Shown here: piece by piece, positions 35,801 to 46,008 of the stretch
Layout of the letters: each line of letters begins with the position of its first letter
Position numbering within the stretch: position 1 is the stretch's first letter
Assembly (NCBI GenBank): GCA_950097015.1
Contig: CATNEN010000002.1
Span: forward strand, 2,604,001-2,668,000
DNA: 64,000 nt
Reading direction: 5' to 3'
Source of the DNA: Macrostomum hystrix
Taxonomy: Eukaryota > Animalia > Platyhelminthes
Made by a program: the position numbers and the translations under genes
The notes under the pieces: model-generated
The model's database searches: none
What the model saw: the letters and a program-made list of their open reading frames with translations, nothing else
Told to the model about the DNA's origin: nothing

Positions 35801-38800
35801 AACCACTGACGCCTGCGATCGATGAAAGTCTTCTCCGCCATGATGTATTTCGGTACGGGCTTCCCTGAAGGTGTAAATCGAAGCGAAGAGTGCCTATAAC
35901 AAATACTATATGCTTCAAAACTGTCTAGCCAGGGCCACAAGTTTTTTTCGTTCGGCTGAAGCTCGAACTTCAAACCTCATAGTAAGAAATTCGAAGCTCT
36001 AACCATTGAGCTAAAGCCACTAGCTCCAAAGTTACCCCTAGCTCCAGCTCATAAGCTAGCTTTCTTTCCAATTTAGGCCTGGTACCTCTGGGTACAATGA
36101 TGTAGACGTTGTATTCCATGACCTTGGAGAACTGCGCCTCGCGGCCAGGTTGAAAGAAGGTGTGGCAACGGCAATAGTACATGCCAGATCTGTCGTGCTT
36201 CAAGCCGATGATGTTCAAATTCGGCTCAGTCTCCGAGTACAATGGGATCATCTTGGGCCGATTGCGTCCGAGCAACTGCCGGGAACTTTTCTGCGGCGTG
36301 TACACCCAGGAATAGCGATGACATGGCAGCCCGTCGTCATCCAGATTGTTGCTGAGAGGCAAGCATGGTAAGATGAACTCAAAACCCTCAGAAAGAGCGA
36401 CGTCTCTGGTGTCTGCGAGTTTTGGCAAGACTTCAATGTCCGCTTTCTTTGAGTCAAAATTGGACACCGATATTGTTGACTCTGGCTGGCGCTGGCAGCT
36501 GAATGTGCCCCAGTGCTCCACGCCCAGCGGGTTCAGTACAAGATCGTCGCCATCGCGAGACACTCCAGGCGGTAGCAAGTCTGCCTCAGTCTCGTCCATC
36601 GAGCTGTAGCGCTGCTTGTTCTGCGCGCCCAGAGGATTCCCCAGCGATACCGCTGACTTTGCGTTGGCCGGCGTGAACTTCCAGTCGATGGGAATGCTGA
36701 CCTTGTTTGGACTGCGGACGATCTTATTGCACTTGAGGCGCACCGCACTGCCCACAGGCTGCTCCACCTTGCTGGTTGGTGACGTCAGTTCCCAGTTAAA
36801 GGGCTGCCCTGTATACGGGAGACAAAAGAAATACTAAATCCAATGAAGGCATGTCTATATTGGCGATATAATCAAGACATGTGAAGTGGGTGCTCAGATT
36901 TGAAACGGTGAAGTACGAGGACATAATCGCTAAAGAATCATAGTCACGAGGGTCGGGTTTAGGAGCGGAGCAGAGTGCCTTTTTCAGTTGAAAAGACCTC
37001 CGGGTACTGAAGTATTTCAACACAAAATAATATATTTTTCTGCATCTACCTCGTACAAAGATATGAACAATATCTGCTTTTACAGAGAAATGTTTGTTGT
37101 CCTTGTCGCCAGTGTCTTCGACACGAGATTCGTGCGAATTTATCTATAGATTGAATATTGAGTGCATTCATGCATTCAAATTAAACTGTCTAGTTGGCAC
37201 ACTTACGTGGCTTAAGAATGATGGGCACTCTTCGACTAATAGTGACATTGTTGACCATGTCGCTGACGTGGCATGTCCAATAGCCGGTGTCATTGTCATT
37301 ATTCATGTCGTGGACGACTATGTCCGTAAAATTGGCGCCGTTGGCCTGCTGCTTGATGGCTTCGAAGCGCTCCGAAAGACGCCCAGTAGGGAACGGGAGC
37401 CGTGTCAACGTGGCCCTGAACTGGGCTGGTCGCGACGGCTGCATTGTGGAGTGGACGGTTGTGAGTTATTGTCAAGTTTCTCAAGTTTTAATGTCACTTA
37501 GAGAAGAGCGACGAACCTCCATGGGCACAACTGAGCACTTTAGAGTGGTGGTGTCGGGGTCCTTGGGATCGCTTCGCAGCACCACCCTCTTCACCGAGCT
37601 GCTTTGCACCGTCAGGTTTGAAAATGCCACTGCGGACCCGGATCGTCTGTTGAAGCCTTCGCATCTGTACCGACCACTGTCTGACGGGCTGGCGTCCTTG
37701 ATCACAAGGCGGGTCGACTTCTCATCGCGCACCTGGTAGATTCGGGGCGTATCTGCCAAACGACGTCCATCAGAGTCCTGCCACTCCAGCAGCCAGGCGG
37801 TGCCGTTGTAGCCGGGTTTTTGTCGCCTGACCAGGCAAGTCAGCACCACTGTACGACCGGACGGCACATTCAGGGTCTCTGGCTCCACGGTTGGAACCAC
37901 GTCTGTGAATGCATCGGCCACGGAGTTGACAGTTATGGTACACAATGTGCTGATCCCTGGATATTACACACGGTATAATATCCTTAGATATGAACTGCTT
38001 TGAATCTGGCTCACTTTAAAAAGCTTTTAAAAGTTTGGATTTACACTGGACATGTTAATTTTGTGAACCAGCTATTTATTTTCTTGTCCGAGAAGTAGCG
38101 TAGTCATGCAGAGAAGAAGTGCAATTGATATCGCTAATATAAATGCGCTAGTACACTTAGCATATTGAACTCGGCCATTCGATTTGAATGGCAATAATTA
38201 GGTCAAATGGAAACAAAGCTATTGGTTAGCTTACACTCTTCACAATCGGGTCGCTGTCCTCTTGGTCGGCCCACAATCTTGTCTGCATAGCCTTCCTCGC
38301 AGCTGAAATCGTTGAACAAGGAGAGCAAGCAGTACATGTACCATGCATGAATGAATGCTTGTTTCCTATGTAGAACTTTCGCTTTTCGAATGTGAAATCT
38401 TATCTAACCACAACTCGGCAAGCGCCTATTAGACTCTGCTGAGGTACTGAGGTTTTTTACCTGATTTTCCTCCTAGACTCTTAATAATGAACCAGGTAAT
38501 TTGAAGGCTATTTTATCTTCTGTCTGAATTGAACTGTTTCTTGGTCTTACGTGTCACAACCCGGAGAGTTCCTGTAGCCTTCTAGGCAGGGAACACACTT
38601 CCACCTGTTCACAGTTGAGTTGTAGTCCACAATCTTGTGGAAATCTCCGGTTGTCTTGCAGTCCTGACGATAAAATTGTTAAGTCTTGATGTAGAACATT
38701 TGCATTACAGTTTGCTACCAAACCATTTGGTGATATCAGCTCTGAACTCTGCTTTCACTGTTTAGTTACATCGGTCTAGTTTGCAATCCACATGCTCTTC

Positions 38801-41800
38801 GCTCGTGACTACTTGTTGCTTAAATAAATTCATGTTACTCTACAATTTCAGCTGCGGAGATACAGATTTCAAGAGCCAACTTGTTTCTTGTGTCGCAGGT
38901 TCACATGTCTTATTGAATGCTCAACAATATCTAGTTGCTATTGGCGGCTTTAGCCCAGAGGTCACAGCTGCTGTCAAAAACTTGAAAAGTGCGCCCAGCA
39001 TCTTAGGTGGCCCTGGGAAGGGGGCGGCATTGCTACAAGCGCTGGTAGTGATGCAGCAGCCCACGATCTCCATGAATGGAGTGGATGAAGGCAATGATGC
39101 CGACTTGCAAAGATGCAGAAATGCAAACGTGACCCCTGGTACGGGTTTAATCTTTGCTATAAAAACATGGAAAAACTGCTTTGACCCTAGATTTGCTTGC
39201 TGAACACTTCCGCCGAAATTCAGGTCTCTCTTGTCACTTGTCCCGTCCTATGCGAATCATTTGCTAAACCAGCTTTATCAGTTGTAAAACTGCTCCAAAG
39301 TGATCCAGGTGTTGGACCCAAGTCTTGCATTTTCCGAGGTTCAATTGCAAATAGCTGCTTCTCTGACTAAATTTGTGAATTTCCCCTGTCCCTCGGCTCC
39401 GAAGATTTGCGCAACGCTAACGTCAACTGTGACCTTGAAAGGGCACCCGTCTGCTGGTTTTTGGCCTTACCTCGCAGAAAGCGCCCTGGTAGGGATCGGG
39501 GCAAACAGTGCAGCGCTCTACGGGAGCTGGTTCAGCACCCGAGCTGGTGTTGGTACTTGACTGGTACGTGACGTTCAGAATGCGCACGTTCATCTGGCCC
39601 TGGAATTGGTAGATCCGGAAGAAAATTCCACGCAGATCAGAGAGGGCGGTCATCACGTCCAATCTAGTGACGGCCGAACCGTCGATGGCACGCAGGTTCT
39701 GCTCGTCGAGTGTCACGTAGAAGCGAGTCTCTGGGGCGCGGTTGGTGGTTCGGTCCCAATGCACCAAGGTCTGGCCTCTCCAGCCCTGATAGTTTGATGA
39801 ATAAAATTGCATTTGAATTTAAATAACAGATGCAATTGTAGTGCAACGCACTCTGTCTTTTTTGACAGAGTATGACAGCATATGACAGTCAATCTTAATC
39901 TCAAGCACTCGCTGCTACGAACGTCTTCCATTCTGCTCAGCAGTTTTTTTTCACTTTTCCCAACGGCCCGCTGTCAATTTTAGCATAGAAGCTGTCGCCG
40001 TACCTTGATGCCGAAGATTGGGAACGCCGTATCGGCCATCAGCGCTGTGTCCATGCGCACGTTGACTCGCACGGTGAAGCTCAATTTGCCGCCGTAGGCT
40101 GCCAGCTGAAAATGAAAGTTCACACGATTTCTTTTATTTTACATCACTAACTTGGATTCAGAGTGTCCCAGACTGTTGTCTAGCCGTACCCGCTTGCCAG
40201 ACAAGCTCGTCAAGAACACGTAGGACTCGTCATCGTCTCGCAAAGCTGACGAGTCGTCTCCAGTTGGGGCCACTGCTATCTCCGCTCCGGACTGTACTGT
40301 GAGCTTTGCACGCGAAGTAGCGTCCTCGTACACTCCGTACAGGCCCCAGCCCATCAAACGCACCGCGGATGCTTCCACCGGTACTCGCTTCTGCAGTCGT
40401 GTGTCAAATGAAACCATGTACAGTTGATAAGCATGTCGAGACATATTTATTAACCTATTCTAAACTGATGAGAGACTTTTCTGTACCTCTTCGAAGTAAA
40501 GGCCGGCATTTTCGCAAGCATTCGATCGGTCGGAGCAGAAGCAGGGCACGCATCCATCCGGGTGGTCCCGCCTGAGACTGTGGAAGCCCGGCTTGCACTT
40601 GTCACAGTTTTCACCTTCAACGTTCGCCTGAATTCGAAAGATGAAACAATTTCCTATCAGTTTTTTTCGTTGCACTTTATGCTCATGTGGCTTTGTACTT
40701 TTAGTATTTTCTTTAGGATGAAACAAAATCTGCAGTCAGCTGCTCACCTTGCAATTGCAGACGTTGTTCTGGCAAATGCCGCCGATGTTGCAGGTCTTCT
40801 TGCAGTCGATGCCAGTGGTGACTAAATTCAGTTATCAAATTGTTGCTCAAACTTTTCTCAGTGCTTGCCAAGAGCCAGCTAGTCTTTAATAATTATACTA
40901 AAAATGAAATGCCTGCTTGCTTGCTGCAATCGAGTAACTCCGGAAGGGATTTACCGAATTTTATAACTCCTTGACTAAAATATGGCCATACGCTTCTATA
41001 GAGCATTGGTTCTCTGATGCTGGGGCGCATTGGTTCTCTGCTGCTGGGGGAGAGTAGGGTTTTTCTGCCTAGGTTGCCAGCCAATATGTGATTATGTTTG
41101 GGGCCAACAGGTGGGCGGCGTATCAGCTTATTAGGAGGACAGGTTCAATTTGCATTAAAGGATTGTATAAATCCTGATATTCTGCCTGTGCTCCCCTGAG
41201 GGATTTTACTAAACGATGAGTTATACTCAGACCAAGTAACCTATTGCTGAGCCACTTAACACATATCCTAGTAAGCTACTTTCTATTTTGTAGAAACAAA
41301 AACTGTCTCCATTTCACGGTGGGCTCTTGAAAGGGCCTATTGTTTAATGGGTGTAATCCACCAGCCCACCTTTTCTCTCGCTGCTCTCTCTAAACAAGTC
41401 CACACATTGGTTTCTTGTCTTTCCACATTCATCATTTCGTGTCCACCTACTTTCTTTTAAATAACTAGCCGCTCATTGACCATTAGCTTCTTGTATCAAA
41501 ACACTAGAAGTTACTCATTAGACTATAAAATAATGATTGAAGGATTTCTAATTATAGCTCGTAGACAGCACATCTAAGCTTTGATATTGGATTAAAAAGG
41601 TATGTGCAAGAAATCCCTTAAAACTGTATCTCATAAAAAAAACTCACGGGTTTTCTTAGGATCCGAGTATCTCCTTGTGCTAGACAGTGTCGGTCCGACG
41701 GTCACGTCTGAAAATTGAAGACAAAAAAACTTGCCAGTAAAGTAATCGGAAGCTACTGTGAATAACAACAGAACGTACTAATCTGAATGGGGTCGATGAC

Positions 41801-41884
41801 TTCCAGATCCTGGGCGTTGGCGCTCATTGGCGACAGCAGAAGGCCAAGGAATAGGCAGGCCAGGACAACTGCTGGCTGGCCCAT
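29876..41884 (-). CDS. Perlecan/UNC-52-like secreted basement-membrane protein: signal peptide, laminin-EGF, laminin IV-A (laminin B) domain, ~5-6 Ig domains ('gene B', ~18 exons, ~1250 aa)
   Basis: Phase-compatible GT-AG exons: 41884-41779, 41707-41648, 40821-40748, 40627-40487, 40390-40190, 40105-40004, 39785-39471, 38663-38551, 38302-38235, 37956-37517, 37438-37207, 36808-36086, ~35900-35713, 35054-34901, 32212-32031, ~31950-31720, 31126-30886, 30086-29876. Motifs CDKCKPGF...GCVPCFC, LAAYGGKL, RLDVMTALSDL...VERC..CP..YQGAFCE, DSGRYRC, YGTYVCSAEN. The two boundaries marked ~ need weak AAG acceptors and are uncertain. Confidence 0.8.
30370..30652 (-). mobile_element. tRNA-derived SINE in the last intron of gene B
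   Basis: GGTTGAAGCTTCGTGATTAGAGCG...GGAAGTTCGATTCCTGCCCAGGG head with B-box; AT-rich tail; duplicate at ~55342-55624. Confidence 0.6.
32744..34390 (+). mobile_element. Degenerate Ty3/Gypsy pol with Gmr1-like order integrase-RT-RNaseH, intronic and antisense to gene B
   Basis: IN zinc finger (CDKCQR) and core start (IIDL..PYPRT.SG.QYIL) at 32744-32968; KWRGPYEV at 33057-33080; RT KKDGSVRF at ~33467 and YLDD at 33770-33781; RH RPFILETDSS; multiple frameshifts and deletions. Confidence 0.88.
35240..35600 (+). mobile_element. tRNA-derived SINE with (TAA/ATT)n tail
   Basis: A-box-like TAGCGGTCTAACGC 35253-35266, B-box GCTCGATTCC 35294-35303, simple-repeat tail 35568-35600; duplicate at ~60212-60575 with a different tail. 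Confidence 0.6.
35950..36022 (-). mobile_element. tRNA-like (SINE head or tRNA pseudogene) fragment
   Basis: GTGGCTTTAGCTCAATGGTTAGAGC D-arm/A-box and GTTCGAG T-loop; anticodon and acceptor stems do not pair well; duplicate at ~60928-61000. Confidence 0.5.
38852..39370 (+). CDS. Putative nested antisense gene (internal exon 38852-39138 + terminal exon 39282-39370) inside an intron of gene B; first exon not identified
   Basis: tttcag acceptor, 95 open codons, G|GTACGG donor; ttatcag acceptor in matching phase 1 leading to ...SCIFRGSIANSCFSD*; no recognised family. Confidence 0.45.
40883..41170 (+). mobile_element. Helitron family-2 5' part, in intron 2 of gene B
   Basis: CAGCTAG|TCTTTAATAATTATACTAAAAATGAAATGCCTGCTTGCTTGC; homologous to 12201-12430. 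Confidence 0.65.
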
Positions 41885-41995
41885 GGCTTTGCGCTGCTGG
41901 TCGAAAATAATTTCTAATTAATGTCTAACAAATCCTCAAAGATTGAAGATGCAAATGTAGAACACCGGCGCCTAGATTTCTGCTGCAAGTGTCCA

Positions 41996-42115
41996 TATTT
42001 ATAGCAACGGGTCTTTTAGTGGACCCGTTCACACTGCTCAGGTGGAGAGCGAGGCGACAACCAATAGAGTGAGGGCTTCGCTGGTCGCTATTGGCTGGAG
42101 CTAAGGCATGCGCAT
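41996..42115 (-). promoter_or_regulatory. Core promoter of gene B (TATAAATA 42003-41996, two CCAAT boxes, GCATGCGCA)
   Basis: Collinear with and highly similar to the gene A promoter at 14572-14690. Confidence 0.6.
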
Positions 42116-42134
42116 CAGGAATATCTGGAGTCGA

Positions 42135-42175
42135 GACCTGTGGGCCTTACTCTTGTTGAGTAAGGCCCACAGGTC
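42135..42175. repeat. Perfect 18-bp-stem hairpin (GACCTGTGGGCCTTACTC-ttgtt-GAGTAAGGCCCACAGGTC)
   Basis: Exact reverse complement checked base by base. Confidence 0.95.
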
Positions 42176-42878
42176 AGCGCCCCGTACAGTTTTAGTCCAT
42201 TTGTGAAAATGGATTAAAAACTAAGCATCTAAAGTATTTTATCATGTCTGACCTATTGCAGCACTAAAACAAATACATTACTGAACTGAAGATGCACTGA
42301 AATCGAGGAAAATATGTGAAACTCTTTATCATGCAAGAGCTGATCAGGTAAATCTTCGATGCAAGTACAATTAACCCCGCCACCTTGAGCCGATGCGACA
42401 CGCGAGCCAAAGCACGGCACGCGGGTATATAAAAACCCACACCGCTTAAGGGGTGGATGAGTAAGCAGCGAGAGAAAATGGGTGGGTGGACAACACCCAT
42501 TACACAACAGGCCCTTACAATAGCCCGCCGTGTCATGGAGACAATAAGGAACTTTATCGTAATACTGCGCGTTAAAACGTGTGCAAGAGTACGATATTAC
42601 AGATTCAAATACCCTCATCTTCTAACTAATTAATCCATCATAAGGCCATGAATAATTTATTTTGTTGACATAAATTGGAGCCTCAATTAAACAAACTTTA
42701 TACCACTTTCTAAGGCTCTCAGTCGTATTGCGGGTCCTTTTTACTTGAAATCCGAACAGTTGCGGGATTTATTAGAAACAGTTTGGACCATAGACAATAA
42801 AACACTTAAAGCAAAACTGACAACAGACATATCGGAATGAAATCGTCAGAGTGCAAAGCAGCGTAGGAAATTGTTCTT

Positions 42879-44063
42879 CTAATTATGAATGGTGACTGTG
42901 CAGTCTTTGAAATTGAAGTCCATGGTTTGGCCAGTCCGTTTTGTGATAGTAGCCATCTGCTTCCCGTCGATGATGGCACTGAAATGCTGGATTTGAATGT
43001 CGCAAGTCCTCTTGTAGTTACGCAACGCACTGAAACTCCGATGCCCAGTTCTTTCCATAATCAGCTGTTCGTCAACATTGGCTTGATACGCCGAGTGGAG
43101 CACGTCGCACGGAGCCAATGGTTAGTGAAACGTCCTTCAATGCCAGCGTCTTTGCACATCTCGGCCATGAACTTCGAAAACGTGTTTTTACCAACGGGGC
43201 GGTTGCAAAACCAACAACCTACCTGGGTTCGCACAGGACTGCAAGTAGAAGCGTTTCGCTCCAACCGGACGCTTGTTCATATAGTCCTCAAATAGCCGAA
43301 CATGGCACCTGCCAGGATCAGTGGATTCGAAGTGCACTACTTCCTTCGGCTTCACTCGACCTGCGAGGCCTCCATTGTTGGTCATGGAATGTACTTCCTT
43401 GTACACCAGGCACTTGTTGCCGCTTCGAATCTCAACTGACAACTGATCAGTAGTAAGACCAGCGTGTTCTTCACCATCTCGAAGGGCAAAATGGAGCCCA
43501 TTTAAATAAAAGAGAGTTCTCACCAACTTCTTCGGTGTGTCATCACTGAGCACGGTATCCCACAGCTTCTCCTCATCAGTCGTACTGATCACGTACCGAA
43601 AGAATTCGACGCGTCGCACGTCCGAGACAGTCTGCTCCAATCCACCGATCAGAGATACGAGTGTACCGGCAGGATATTTTGAGCCGTCCGTACGAGTGAC
43701 TTTGTGTATGCACCTTGACAGCAGAGAATTGATTTCGGAGTCGTTCATGTCTTGCAGAGGCACAGTGCATTCGATGCCAGACTCTTGAAGCCATCGGTTG
43801 AACGCTTGAACGGCCCACTTGTTGCTTTTTAGAGTGTTTTGAGCCTTCGTGCTCCGATTAAGATTGCGAATTTCATCCAATGCTGCCTCAGAATTGCCAC
43901 GGACTTTTCGAAGTTGCTGGAGAGCATACGGGTCGCGGCAATCCAACCCTTTACGTTGTATTTCTTCCAAATCTACTGCCGAAAGGCGATTAGGATCGTA
44001 GTCTCCAACGAAGTCGGCGCCATAGTCTACCAGTGGGTTTAAAATGGAAGAATTTTGCTCCAT
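42879..44063 (-). pseudogene. Crypton-like tyrosine recombinase (DUF3504-type), nearly full length, with frameshifts and an internal deletion
   Basis: ALRDGEEH (catalytic R), GRCHVRLF, PVGKNT, FTNHWLRAT (HxxR), RTGHRS, RNYKR (catalytic Y) and a C-terminal FNFKDCTVTI; spread over three frames (43188-44063, 43061-43264, 42879-43118). Confidence 0.85.
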
Positions 44064-44163
44064 CTAAACACTGCTCAGAAAATAGTCTTTAAGTCGGGTG
44101 AGAGCTGCCAAAAAGATATAAAAATTGCCCATAGACAAAATCAGCGATGGAATGAAGGAAAAG

Positions 44164-44951
44164 TATACTTTTTTGCAATTGAATTCGCCGAAACTGCAAA
44201 ACAATTCCCCATAGAAGCCAATGTGGTCTAAAAATAGTAAGCCCATAGAAATTAAGCTAAAAGTCGAGATTGAATTCGCCGAAATTGCATTTGAATTCGC
44301 ACTGGTGACGTGTCTATATGTTGCTAAAATCGCAGGAATTTAAATTCGGCAGTCCTTCTCTATCCTGTTTTCAAAATGCTGAGAGGACTGTACAAGCCAG
44401 TATCGACGACGGATAGATTGCGATGAGATGGCTGGCTCCTGCTTAAAGACTGCCGTCGGACGCTTGCTCTCACAGCCTGAAGTTCGTGCGCAACTGCTCA
44501 ATACGGCTGCTGCAGCAAACCTTGGCATCACATTGCACACCTGGAGAATGGGAATTCTGAGACGTGAGGTGACGGTCGCCCTACAGCAGATCACACAGCA
44601 GAAGTGCTTGCAGTGGGCTAATCACACGGCAACCTACTTGAATCGCTGCCTGAATCATGAAGACATTTTGGCATGATTAATTGCTCTTTTCTTTGATCGT
44701 TCGGTTGAATTCATTCTACTCGTACATCAGTTCGCAAACTTTGTTTCCTCTTTGATTGTTCCCCCTTCGAAGCCTTTTGTCCTGTCAAATGAATACAAGC
44801 CATTGGCGCGTATCGCGAATTCAAATGAAATTTCGGCGAATTCAATCTCGAATTTTAGCATAATTTCTATGGGCTTACTATTTTTAGACCACTTTGGCTT
44901 CTATGGGGAATTGTTTTGCAGTTTCGGCGAATTCAATTGCAAAAAGGTATA
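44164..44951 (+). mobile_element. IS630/Tc1-like TIR element (family B) without the Crypton insert
   Basis: ~135-bp TIRs (44164-44300 / 44815-44951), TA flanks, transposase C-terminal remnant at 44428-44676. Confidence 0.8.
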
Positions 44952-45292
44952 ATAAAACGTTTCAGGGATTTTTTCGAATAAATTCCGGAAAGGAAAGTAG
45001 TATAAGATAGATATGTGATGGTTTTGCAGCCTGCGCTGCATCGACTTGACGCTGTCGTTACATATGCCCATGTCTTTGAATGTCATGGTTTAATAACAGA
45101 ACTTTACTTTATGTTCATAAACAATTAATAAATTGTGATGACCACTTCAGTTCTTTTTTGAGACTTTTTTCTTGTGTTGTTTTACTTATTTGTGTGGATA
45201 AAATTAAAACTTTGAGGAATTCTATTCTTGTCCAAAGAATGGAGAAATTCGGGAAAACGTCATTATTGGAGATAGTTACGATACTAGCAACT

Positions 45293-46008
45293 ATGGGGAG
45301 CTTTCGGGGAGCTTATGGGTAGACTATGGGGAGCTTCTGGGGAGCTTATGGGTAGACTATGGGGAGCTTTCGGGGAGCTTATGGGTAGACTATGGGGAGC
45401 TTTCGGGGAGCTTATGGGTAGACTATGGGGAGCTTCTGGGGAGCTTATGGGTAGACTATGGGGAGCTTCTGGGGAGCTTATGGGTAGACTATGGGGAGCT
45501 TCTGGGGAGCTTATGGGTAGACTATGGGGAGCTTCTGGGGAGCTTATGGGTAGACTATGGGGAGCTTCTGGGTAGACTATGGGGAGCTTTCGGGGAGCTT
45601 ATGGGGAGACTATGGGGAGCTTCTGGGGAGCTTATGGGTAGACTATGGGGAGCTTCTGGGTAGACTATGGGGAGCTTTCGGGGAGCTTATGGGGAGACTA
45701 TGGGGAGCTTCTGGGGAGCTTATGGGTAGACTATGGGGAGCTTCTGGGGAGCTTATGGGTAGACTATGGGGAGCTTCTGGGGAGCTTATGGGTAGACTAT
45801 GGGGAGCTTCTGGGGAGCTTATGGGTAGACTATGGGGAGCTTCTGGGGAGCTTATGGGTAGACTATGGGGAGCTTCTGGGGAGCTTATGGGTAGACTATG
45901 GGGAGCTTCTGGGGAGCTTATGGGTAGACTATGGGGAGCTTCTGGGGAGCTTATGGGTAGACTATGGGGAGCTTCTGGGGAGCTTATGGGGAGACTATGG
46001 GGAGCTTG
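45293..46008 (+). repeat. 33-bp (3x11) G-rich minisatellite (TATGGGGAGCTTCTGGGGAGCTTATGGGTAGAC)n, ~21 units
   Basis: Direct reading; only ~1.5 units at the paralogous site 21938-21985. Confidence 0.95.

Noticed and set aside
30593-36022. tRNA-like segments (30593-30652, 35253-35303, 35950-36022) as functional tRNA genes
   Set aside because: A/B boxes are present but acceptor and anticodon stems do not pair, and the first two continue into SINE-like bodies and tails; treated as tRNA-derived repeats.
31720-36086. Two apparent phase mismatches in gene B (36086->35893 and 32031->31973) as evidence of a pseudogene
   Set aside because: Both can be resolved with nearby AAG acceptors, so pseudogene status is not supported without transcript data.
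36796-37023. ORF MLKYFSTRRSF... as an extra exon of gene B
   Set aside because: Its best acceptor is out of phase with the upstream donor (stop after 6 codons), while 37207 splices cleanly to 36808.
40465-40500. CTGATGAG...CGAAG hammerhead-like core
   Set aside because: It lacks GAAA and stem III, and coincides with an exon-intron boundary of gene B.
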